The position numbers were made by a program, and so were the translations under genes. From the sequence record NC_041975.1: a stretch of DNA of 64,000 bases; one strand, written 5' to 3'. The notes under the pieces are model-generated. The model made no database searches and had not been told where the DNA came from. It was given only the letters and a program-made list of their open reading frames with translations. Positions 38,182-46,156 of this stretch are shown here, one piece after another (positions within the stretch are counted from its first letter, which is position 1; each line of letters opens with the position of its first letter).

Positions 38182-38634
38182 ATGACGAACAAATCGGAGA
38201 TCTCACACGGTGGTGGTGATCAGCCTATGGAAAAAGAGCAAAGCAACTTATCCGTACTGGTGAACTACTCCACAGGTGTGATGGAAGGTGACCGTTTTAA
38301 TTACTCGGTTGCATTGGCGCTGTTGAAAGACGGCATCAAAGTGAAACGCGAAGACTGGAAGAACGCTTTCCTGGTGTTCGTCCCGGGTAGTCAGAATGTT
38401 GAACTGCCAAAAGGGTCGCCGTATGAAGTCGCACTCCACGGTAAGAAGTCCGTTGCCAATATTCGTCCGCACATCGATCTGTACACGGAGTACGGTGAAT
38501 TCGAAGTCGGTTGGACAGCCAACCAGGAAGACACCAACGCCGATGACTGGATGATTGTCTTAGACAAGAACACCAATCAAGACGACAGTGCCGACGAAGA
38601 GAAAGAGTCCTCAAACGACGACTCGAAGTCATAA
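38182..38634 (+). CDS. tad2: Tad2/DUF2829-family nucleotide-sponge anti-defence protein
   Basis: FNYSVALALLKDGIKVKREDW...LYT...GWTANQEDTNADDW matches the F.EAL..LK.G..V.R.GW...T...W.PSQ.D.LA.DW family pattern. Confidence 0.75.
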   Translation: MTNKSEISHGGGDQPMEKEQSNLSVLVNYSTGVMEGDRFNYSVALALLKDGIKVKREDWKNAFLVFVPGSQNVELPKGSPYEVALHGKKSVANIRPHIDLYTEYGEFEVGWTANQEDTNADDWMIVLDKNTNQDDSADEEKESSNDDSKS

Positions 38635-38639
38635 ACTCC

Positions 38640-38668
38640 AGGAGAGCTTCGGCTCTCCTTTTATGCCC
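38640..38668 (+). terminator. Hairpin plus TTATGCCC variant
   Basis: AGGAGAGC-ttcg-GCTCTCCT-TTTATGCCC. Confidence 0.75.
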
Positions 38669-38683
38669 ATTAAGGAACATGTC

Positions 38684-39043
38684 ATGAGTGAAAAGAAAGC
38701 GTTCGAAGTGGTATTAGACAGTCGTCATGAACCGTACGAGGCTTACCAGTTATTAGTGGCGCGTATCAATACGTTATTACGCACCGGTCAAAGCTACCAT
38801 GAAGTGAAACTCACGAAATGGCAGCTTTACGATAACGGTCTTCTTATCAAAGGAGATGATGATGTGCATATCTCCTTGTTGCGTCATTTCTATTACGATA
38901 AGCAACGCAATACGTTTGGTGGTGGCTTCATGGCCTTTGAAATCCTGGAAGATCTGGGCCGGTATTACAAAGTGTCCGATATCACAGAAGGGATGAGCGA
39001 GAACGTTGGCCTCGTCTTCACGGTCACGGTAACCACACCATAA
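38684..39043 (+). CDS. Tandem small-protein family member 1
   Basis: AAGGA SD; EVKLTKW...GDDDVHISLLRHFYYD...GG. Confidence 0.7.
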   Translation: MSEKKAFEVVLDSRHEPYEAYQLLVARINTLLRTGQSYHEVKLTKWQLYDNGLLIKGDDDVHISLLRHFYYDKQRNTFGGGFMAFEILEDLGRYYKVSDITEGMSENVGLVFTVTVTTP

Positions 39044-39049
39044 GAGGTT

Positions 39050-39418
39050 GTGATGAAACCACTCTTCGCCATGAAGTTTGATACCCGGGATGCGGGATTA
39101 GGGGATCAGCTCGATCTCTTGCAATCACGGGTTAAGGCTTACTCTAAACACGGCACCATGATCAAGGATGTGGCGGTGACGGCCTGGGTGGTCTGTTCGG
39201 ATAACATGCCGGTTGCCGGTGATGACCCTGCTCATGTCAGCATTATTCACCGTTACCGTTACGACATCGAACAGCAATGTGTGGTCGGTGGGGTCAGTGC
39301 CATGGATGCTCTGCGTGAGATCTGGTCGGCGTATGGTCCTGACTCTACCCTCCCGCCGTTCAGCCGGATACCCGGTGCTGTCGATATGCAATTTACCTTA
39401 ACTGTATTCACTATTTAA
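39050..39418 (+). CDS. Tandem small-protein family member 2
   Basis: DVAVTAW...GDDPAHVSIIHRYRYD...GG. Confidence 0.7.
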   Translation: MMKPLFAMKFDTRDAGLGDQLDLLQSRVKAYSKHGTMIKDVAVTAWVVCSDNMPVAGDDPAHVSIIHRYRYDIEQQCVVGGVSAMDALREIWSAYGPDSTLPPFSRIPGAVDMQFTLTVFTI

Positions 39419-39431
39419 AGGAGATACCCGT

Positions 39432-39824
39432 ATGGGAGTTTCTACTGCTGCTGCTCGTCGTTCTAAAGAAGGGGTGTTTACCCGGAGTATTGAAGTGCGT
39501 CATGATCACTGGAAACGCGATATCACTGATCTAGGATTGGATGTCCATAACCTGGTGTTGTGCAAGCAGGAGATCGTGTCAGTGACCATCACCGCCTGGC
39601 GGGCGTATGATGAGTGCGGTGTACTGCGCGGCAGTGCCAAAGAGTTGAAGTTAGACATTACGGAATGGTTCCTCGGTGACAAAGGCCCGGTCATTAATGA
39701 TGCGATCAAACCCCTCACGCTTGCCTTCATCATTAATCAACAACGCAGCCAACGCACGCCCTGGGTAAAAGATGTCCGCTTAGGGCTTAACCTGTCCATT
39801 GTCTACAAGAGGATTCAGCAATAA
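39432..39824 (+). CDS. Tandem small-protein family member 3
   Basis: SVTITAW...GS.KE.KLDIT..F. Confidence 0.7.
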   Translation: MGVSTAAARRSKEGVFTRSIEVRHDHWKRDITDLGLDVHNLVLCKQEIVSVTITAWRAYDECGVLRGSAKELKLDITEWFLGDKGPVINDAIKPLTLAFIINQQRSQRTPWVKDVRLGLNLSIVYKRIQQ

Positions 39825-40168
39825 TGGAAATTGTCCACCAACTCGATCTTAGCCACGGCTGGGAACCCTTCAACCGCCTGAAAGCCGCCTTTGCCAAGAA
39901 ACCCCCGGAGGCGATCTACATCACTGCCTGGGTCGCTCATGGCTATAAAGGAAACCTCATCGGTGATGAGCAAGTGGTGAAAGGGTCGTGTCAGGAGTGC
40001 CGGATTGATGTGACCCACATCTTCTTTCCCAGTCGGCCTGAGATCTTGATTGGTTTGTCGAGCTTCATTAACACCATTAATCGTGACGGGTCGGTGAAGA
40101 TCCCGGCCTGGACCGGATCGATTACTCTTTGTCTTGAATTAGCAATAAGTTATACGGATAGAATTTAA
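39824..40168 (+). CDS. Tandem small-protein family member 4
   Basis: AIYITAW...GS.QE.RIDVT..F. Confidence 0.7.
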   Translation: MEIVHQLDLSHGWEPFNRLKAAFAKKPPEAIYITAWVAHGYKGNLIGDEQVVKGSCQECRIDVTHIFFPSRPEILIGLSSFINTINRDGSVKIPAWTGSITLCLELAISYTDRI

Positions 40169-40275
40169 TCGGCATATATTCTGTCTCGTTAGCGTAAGCT
40201 CGCTAAAAACCCTTTTAAAGTTTTGTATAACAAACTATCAACTTTGTAGAAAGAAACAAATAGGAAATTAATCTC

Positions 40276-40986
40276 ATGTTGCATGAAAACTTTGAAGCCT
40301 TAGTGGCGAACATCGCCAACCAAATCAATCAGCTGGAACCAGAGGATCTACCGTCACTGATCCTGACCAAGAGCGGGGTCTACATCAACGACAAGCGACA
40401 CGATCGCACTCGTCTACTGCTGAACCTGTTTACCCCACAGCCCGGGCACACGCATGACGTGACCTTCGATCAAGAGCTGCAGGATGCTTTCGCTCACAAC
40501 AACCTGGAGTTTATCAAAGTCGGTGAGGGGATCGCCTACGGACTACTGCGTACCAGTATCGTTAACAACGAACCCGCGGTGTTCTGGATTCACGCTGATG
40601 TCTCCGATGATGCATCGTTACTGAAGCAGGCCTGGGATATCATCACCGACCTGAAGAAGAATGCGGGCTACCCTCTGGCGTTCAATATCGATGTGCTTGA
40701 CGTAAGCTGGGATGCGTTGAGCTGGGTACAACTGCTGGGGACTTTGCTTGATCGCACTGACCCGACACGCCGGTTTCGTTTGGCAACTAACACCGACTAC
40801 GATTTTGTGTTATCCCAGAAAGCCATCACGTACTATCAGGAGACGTTGAGTAAACGTCCGATGGCACCGGTTGCTTACCTCGATGACACTAACTTGTTTA
40901 ACGGTGGCGACTTTAACGACAGTGATCGCAACTGGGCAATCGCCCCGAACGACAGCACCCGCCCTATCGTGAAGGTGTATGTTTAA
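40276..40986 (+). CDS. Hypothetical protein
   Basis: 236 aa with an AGGA SD after an AT-rich intergenic region. Confidence 0.7.
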   Translation: MLHENFEALVANIANQINQLEPEDLPSLILTKSGVYINDKRHDRTRLLLNLFTPQPGHTHDVTFDQELQDAFAHNNLEFIKVGEGIAYGLLRTSIVNNEPAVFWIHADVSDDASLLKQAWDIITDLKKNAGYPLAFNIDVLDVSWDALSWVQLLGTLLDRTDPTRRFRLATNTDYDFVLSQKAITYYQETLSKRPMAPVAYLDDTNLFNGGDFNDSDRNWAIAPNDSTRPIVKVYV

Positions 40987-41044
40987 ATAAACACAAGCTC
41001 CAGATGGTATACTTGGAAACATTTATTGATCTGGAGCCCCAGCC

Positions 41045-41344
41045 ATGCAAAACAATGACGATGTGGTGCCGATGCACTATAACCACAACGTGGACATGAA
41101 CAACCCGCTCGACGTGGATGAAGAGGCGTTAAAGGTTCGCTTCGCCGCACGCCTGTGCAGCTTCCTTGATCTTGCCGAGCAACTGAATAAGGATGACTTA
41201 ACCCAAAACGATATCAGTCAGTTCACCGTCGGTATCGTAAACTTAGTGTGTGACTCAATGGGCAGTAGTCCCAAACGAGACCTTTACAGGAGACAGATGG
41301 TTGACAAACTTGAACCTGTTCTGTCGAGGCATCTGATTAAATAG
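41045..41344 (+). CDS. Hypothetical protein
   Basis: 99 aa; carries copy 2 of the 28-bp repeat. Confidence 0.65.
   Translation: MQNNDDVVPMHYNHNVDMNNPLDVDEEALKVRFAARLCSFLDLAEQLNKDDLTQNDISQFTVGIVNLVCDSMGSSPKRDLYRRQMVDKLEPVLSRHLIK
41202..41229 (+). repeat. 28-bp dispersed exact repeat, copy 2
   Basis: Identical to 26925-26952. Confidence 0.9.
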
Positions 41345-41388
41345 TCGGAGGCGTGACGGAACGCGACTACATTGCAGTATAAAAGGAT

Positions 41389-42171
41389 ATGGCTATGACG
41401 TTCGAAAAAGAAGGGGACACGTTGCACATTGTGCGACTGAGAACCAAAGGCTGGTACCACATGACGGTAACCAGCGATCCTGATGCGAGTATGGATATCG
41501 TTAACACGAACTTACGTCAGGGCACTTTTACTGATCCACTTTTACAACACCAGTACGACATCTGTAAAAAAGAGATGGGGCAAGACCCCAATCCAAATGA
41601 CATCGTTTTCCACCAGTTCGTGACCACACCAGACCAGACCGGGTATCAGTCTGGCCACTGGATGATTCGTGATCACATTCGCCACGGCTATTCACTGAAG
41701 TGTTTGACTAACATCGGTGACTGGCTTTCGACCGCAGCCTATCTTTATATCCCAGACCCTGATGATAAAGAGGGTGGTGAGAGAAAATACAAAGTAACTG
41801 ACTTAGGTAAGTATCTCGACAAGGAAGAGTTGTTGGGTCACTCCGACCACCTGCCGATGTATTTCTTGCCTGATGAGGAACCGGGTGACAGCTATGATGA
41901 GTTGATTGAAACCCATCGTCTTCCGCAACCTGACAAAGGTTACTCTTGTGTGGCCATCAAGAACGGTATGTCGTTTAGTTTGCTGACGTACAACAACTCC
42001 AAGCGGGTGCTTTCAGAAGAGGAAGAACTGCAAACCACAACCGTCCCAGTCAGGGCAGATGGTTTGCTGTACAGCTCCGTCTTAGAGTTGGCTATGGCTA
42101 AGAACGCCCCAGTCTGGTTTGTCTTGGAGATGCTAACCTCCGAAACCGACCCAAACTGGCATTTCGTCTAA
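41389..42171 (+). CDS. Paralog of 37124 with C-terminal NUMOD1-like module
   Basis: TNIGDWL, VTDLGKYL and C-terminal ADGLLYSSVLELA...W. Confidence 0.6.
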   Translation: MAMTFEKEGDTLHIVRLRTKGWYHMTVTSDPDASMDIVNTNLRQGTFTDPLLQHQYDICKKEMGQDPNPNDIVFHQFVTTPDQTGYQSGHWMIRDHIRHGYSLKCLTNIGDWLSTAAYLYIPDPDDKEGGERKYKVTDLGKYLDKEELLGHSDHLPMYFLPDEEPGDSYDELIETHRLPQPDKGYSCVAIKNGMSFSLLTYNNSKRVLSEEEELQTTTVPVRADGLLYSSVLELAMAKNAPVWFVLEMLTSETDPNWHFV

Positions 42172-42259
42172 CCGAGATTGGCTGTGGGGAATCCTATGCA
42201 ATTGCAAAGTGTAGAGAGAACCACGGCCAATCGTAAGCTGTATCATAAGGAGAGAGATT

Positions 42260-43840
42260 GTGAGTGAAGCTAACCAGAACATCGTAGAAAGCTACGACGA
42301 CCTGCCGAAGAACGCGCAGAAAGGTGATCGCTATACCGTGCGTGAAGACGCGATCGTTTATGAACTCCAGGAAGATGGTTCTTGGAAAGACGTAGACATC
42401 AACGAACAGGTTGATCAGGAAAACGAAGAGCAGGCGCAGACCGAAGATGGTCAGCAGTCTGACACCGGCGCAACTGACCAGCCAGCCTCTGATGAAGAGA
42501 GCGATGCTGATTCGTCTGAAACGACAGCTACCGATGAAGAAGACCAGGTAGATGACAACGGCGATGACAAGCAGACTCCGGCTGAAGAGAAGCAGGAAGA
42601 AGCAGCGCAGGCGGTTGATGAAACCCAGCCACGTGATGACCCTTACGTACGAGGAGCGAACAGCGATGCCAATCCGGCACAACCTGAAGATGCGAATCAA
42701 ACGCAAGATCAGACTGACGAAGCAGGACAAACTCCTGATTCTTCTGACGATACCAACGCGCAGCAGGAAAGCACTGATGGCGTTGCGACGCAGGATGCGA
42801 AAGAGCAGGCTAACATCCCGGAAGGGGTAGATCCTGAAGAAGCGCAACCTGACAACCAGCCACTGGCAGTAGCACCGGTTGAGCAACCCCCTGTTCAGCA
42901 CGAAGCGGTCGCAGTTGATCCTAACGCTGACCAGCCATCACCTGAAGCGCGTCCAGACAGCAAGATCGAAGAAGCGGCTGAACTGAACGCACAGAAAGAA
43001 GATGCGGCTCGTGATGAGATCGCTGAAGCCGGTGCTGATGCACAAGCTGCGACCTCTGCTGAACAGACTGACGCAGGCAAAGCCAAAGAAGACGCACAGG
43101 CTGAAGGCCAGTTGCCGAACGATGGTGCCGCTGATGATGTCGCCGCCGGTAAACCACGTAATGACCAGACCTACACCGAAGATCAGAAAGCGGCGAACAC
43201 GCCAGCGCCTGAAATCGTGCAGGCTCAGGAAAACCATACGTCCGAGCCCGACCCGGTAGTCAGCCAGGAAGAGACCCATGTGCAGAACGCCACGGACCCT
43301 GACCAGCCGACTATTATCCCGCAGGAAGCGAAGTCTGAATCACTGGCGCATCAAGCTGCTGATCCAACGCAGGAAACTGTGTTTGTTAAGCAGGATGAAA
43401 ACCTGGACCCGGAAGTGCGCGTGCTGCAACAGCGCATTGAAGAGTACATCGGCAACATGGGTGTGAACGGCAAGCACGATCGCCGTGACGGTCCGAAGTA
43501 TCAGGCTCGCCTGTACAAAGACCTGCACTCCATCATGGCGCTGGAGCCAGTGAAGTTCAAGCAAGTGATGGACTACCTGCTGAACCGTGTGTATGAAGAA
43601 CGTGCCGGTGCTTTCTCCGACACCTATACACGCCGTTACTTCGACCAGCTGTCACCGATGCACATGCAGACCGATCGCGTGCGTGAGTTTGACAACATCC
43701 TGTCGCTGGTAACCACTGTGGGTCATTCCAAAAACCGCAGTCGTGCCCTGCAGCAGGTTGATCTGCAACGCGCCCTGAAGAACATTCAGGATGCCGGTAA
43801 GCAGCAGCGTATGGCAGCGTACTTTGATGCTCTGCGTTAA
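42260..43840 (+). CDS. Large acidic protein with long disordered D/E/Q/A region and folded C-terminal domain
   Basis: 526 aa; about 330 aa of acidic low complexity, then a helical C-terminus YIGNMG...YQARLY. Confidence 0.75.
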   Translation: MSEANQNIVESYDDLPKNAQKGDRYTVREDAIVYELQEDGSWKDVDINEQVDQENEEQAQTEDGQQSDTGATDQPASDEESDADSSETTATDEEDQVDDNGDDKQTPAEEKQEEAAQAVDETQPRDDPYVRGANSDANPAQPEDANQTQDQTDEAGQTPDSSDDTNAQQESTDGVATQDAKEQANIPEGVDPEEAQPDNQPLAVAPVEQPPVQHEAVAVDPNADQPSPEARPDSKIEEAAELNAQKEDAARDEIAEAGADAQAATSAEQTDAGKAKEDAQAEGQLPNDGAADDVAAGKPRNDQTYTEDQKAANTPAPEIVQAQENHTSEPDPVVSQEETHVQNATDPDQPTIIPQEAKSESLAHQAADPTQETVFVKQDENLDPEVRVLQQRIEEYIGNMGVNGKHDRRDGPKYQARLYKDLHSIMALEPVKFKQVMDYLLNRVYEERAGAFSDTYTRRYFDQLSPMHMQTDRVREFDNILSLVTTVGHSKNRSRALQQVDLQRALKNIQDAGKQQRMAAYFDALR

Positions 43841-43853
43841 TTGATCATTTGAT

Positions 43854-43900
43854 CAGCATAAGGAGAGGCCTCGCGCCTCTCCTGTTTATGCCGTCTTTTT
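43854..43900. terminator. Bidirectional hairpin with octamers on both sides
   Basis: CAGCATAA-GGAGAGG-cctcgcg-CCTCTCC-tgt-TTATGCCG-tcttttt. Confidence 0.75.
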
Positions 43901-43902
43901 TT

Positions 43903-44406
43903 TTACACTAAAATACCGTTAAAAGCCACCGGGTCATTACCCAGGAACGGGTTGTACCGAACCACAGACCCTAATGTGTAATCGTAGTAGATAAAGTCCA
44001 AGCATTGTGCGCCCTGGTAGGTAGTCCATGACTTTGATAGATAACCATTGCGGTCTAACGCAACGTAAGCTGGACGGCTCGCCAACGGAGTAAACTTCAT
44101 CAACACTTGTGGTTGGTTGTTGAGGTTGTTTGTAAATACAGGCAAGGAAGGATGCGCATGCCTTGCAATGGAACACAACCAAGAGTCGTAGGTAAACCAC
44201 TCTTTATACGACGTACCGTACATGTTGTTGGATGTGTTCAATGTAGTATTAACATATTTACCGGCAGTAGCAGACATGCTGGTACTTGCGTTCGCTACCT
44301 TCGTATATTTGGCTGTATTGGCCGCAAGCCACGCCTCGAATTGCGCATAGGACATCTTGGTGCCTATCTGCGGCTGTGACTTACTACCCATTAACATCTC
44401 TAACAT
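43903..44406 (-). CDS. Putative virion/tail-accessory protein, paralog B
   Basis: MLEMLM start. Shares MSYA.F..WL..NT.KY, N.YGT.Y, W..IARHA.P, L.RNGY and LDFIYYD...G.V.R with 44419. Confidence 0.7.
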   Translation of the reverse strand: MLEMLMGSKSQPQIGTKMSYAQFEAWLAANTAKYTKVANASTSMSATAGKYVNTTLNTSNNMYGTSYKEWFTYDSWLCSIARHAHPSLPVFTNNLNNQPQVLMKFTPLASRPAYVALDRNGYLSKSWTTYQGAQCLDFIYYDYTLGSVVRYNPFLGNDPVAFNGILV

Positions 44407-44418
44407 GATAACTCCTGA

Positions 44419-44928
44419 TTAGATCAACACCCCGTTAAACGGTACCGGTGTGCCGCCATTTAACGGAGTCCACCGCATCACAACACCCTGGGTATTGTCG
44501 TAGTAAATAAAGTCAAGCACAGTACGACCGTTAAATGATCCGTAAGACAAGCTGGTGTAACCGTTACGATTGAGGCCTGAATAGGCACTTTTGGTAACAT
44601 AAGGTCCAAGCTTCATTAAACAAAACTGTTTATTCGCCAACATGTAATCAAACATCGTTTGTGCCGGACACGCATGTCGTGCGATCCTTGCCCAAGTTGA
44701 ATCGTGAGTACAGGAGTTTAAATAGGGAGTGCCCCACATGTTACCGCCATCAGCCGTCATGGAGATCCTGGCATAGCCGTTCGTAAACGTGGTGGACGAA
44801 GGGGTGCCTGTATTCGACGCTGCACTGACCGCACTGTACTTAGTGGTATTGGTATTTAACCAGGTAACAAAATCCGCATAGCTCATCTTCACAGTTTTCT
44901 TGCCAGCGTACATTAATAACTCGAGCAT
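44419..44928 (-). CDS. Putative virion/tail-accessory protein, paralog A
   Basis: MLELLM start with a GAGGTGGAG SD; clear paralog of 43903. Confidence 0.7.
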   Translation of the reverse strand: MLELLMYAGKKTVKMSYADFVTWLNTNTTKYSAVSAASNTGTPSSTTFTNGYARISMTADGGNMWGTPYLNSCTHDSTWARIARHACPAQTMFDYMLANKQFCLMKLGPYVTKSAYSGLNRNGYTSLSYGSFNGRTVLDFIYYDNTQGVVMRWTPLNGGTPVPFNGVLI

Positions 44929-45069
44929 AACTCCACCTCAAAATAAAATCCCGTTAGCAAGGGTTCTGGTTCTCTAATACATGACTTATAGGATTTAGCC
45001 GGCATAACGGAGCAGGCAACGCCCACTCCTGAATCCTGGTGTGAATAACGGTTGGTCGATTGGGGTGTT

Positions 45070-46047
45070 TTAACCCGCTGTAGTTTGATCTGGGTAACCT
45101 CGACCTGTCCCCCAGACAATACGAACAATACCATCAGCACCACTACCTAACAAACTGGTGCCGTCACTCTTGTACTGACTTGCCCCGCCACCTCCTGCAC
45201 CCCCGCCTGGAATCGCGGTTGGCATCCCCGCTCCTGATCCCGGCATATCCTTGATACGTCCTGTGGGTTTAATTCCCCCGCCGCCTCGACCGGTATAGAT
45301 CTTAGTGGTACCTTGGGTTGTCAGGGTGACATTTCCACCATAACCCGCTCCTGTATCCGCAGGGTTAGTGGGGGTTGCACCATAAGCACAACCCGCACCA
45401 CCGTCACCCATGTAGCCACCCGCACCACCACCCCCGACTGCACGTGTCGTTAATGACCCGGCACCACCCTTTCCACCTGTACCACCCCCAACAATAGGTT
45501 TGGTAGCAGGGTTCTGGATAGGGTTGTTCGCGATCCCGGCTAACACACCGCCGACAACATTTAATAACCCACCGACCAAACCCCCTACTAACCCCCCTAC
45601 TATATCCACCAATACCAGATCCAGGAGATTACCGGAAAGTCCATTCGATTGCGGCATGACGGTAACTGCCGTGTTACCGGATGCATCCTCCCCACCACCC
45701 ACTGCTTTTAACAGATAGGTGCCATTACGCACTATCCCCGAGAAAGACCCTTTATTCGCTGCGAAGGCGGTTTTAACGGGCGTTGGTGTACCAACCCCAC
45801 CTTGCCCTACCACAACCGTCATCTTCTCACCAGGGGTCACAGGGATCGCATTACGGTAACGTAACGTTCCGCCATTCCCGCCGGTATGCACAAGGGTGGT
45901 ACTACTGGCTGATTGCCCGCCCCCTACTGCGACGGCACTCATACTTGTTGCCCCTTCTGGCACAATCAGTTCATACACCCCCGCCTTTGTGAAGAGCGTT
46001 TCTAGGGGTAACTTAATGTGTGTCTTGTTTAACAATAACCCAATCAT
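45070..46047 (-). CDS. Glycine-rich-domain protein, tail fibre or accessory-like
   Basis: VAVGGG..., GGNGG, IVVGQGG, GGAGGG and G.DG.VRIVWG blocks typical of phage glycine-rich domains. Confidence 0.7.
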   Translation of the reverse strand: MIGLLLNKTHIKLPLETLFTKAGVYELIVPEGATSMSAVAVGGGQSASSTTLVHTGGNGGTLRYRNAIPVTPGEKMTVVVGQGGVGTPTPVKTAFAANKGSFSGIVRNGTYLLKAVGGGEDASGNTAVTVMPQSNGLSGNLLDLVLVDIVGGLVGGLVGGLLNVVGGVLAGIANNPIQNPATKPIVGGGTGGKGGAGSLTTRAVGGGGAGGYMGDGGAGCAYGATPTNPADTGAGYGGNVTLTTQGTTKIYTGRGGGGIKPTGRIKDMPGSGAGMPTAIPGGGAGGGGASQYKSDGTSLLGSGADGIVRIVWGTGRGYPDQTTAG

Positions 46048-46156
46048 GCATCATCCTTCTAGAATGAGTACCTTGACGACCTACTCGCGTCATAGCATTC
46101 CAGCCGGCATAAGGGAGTGGATACCCTGACCGTAGCCAAGGCATCCACGTGGTGCG

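Noticed and set aside
42194-42901. 235-aa very hydrophobic minus-strand ORF
   Set aside because: Antisense artefact of the acidic low-complexity gene 42260-43840.
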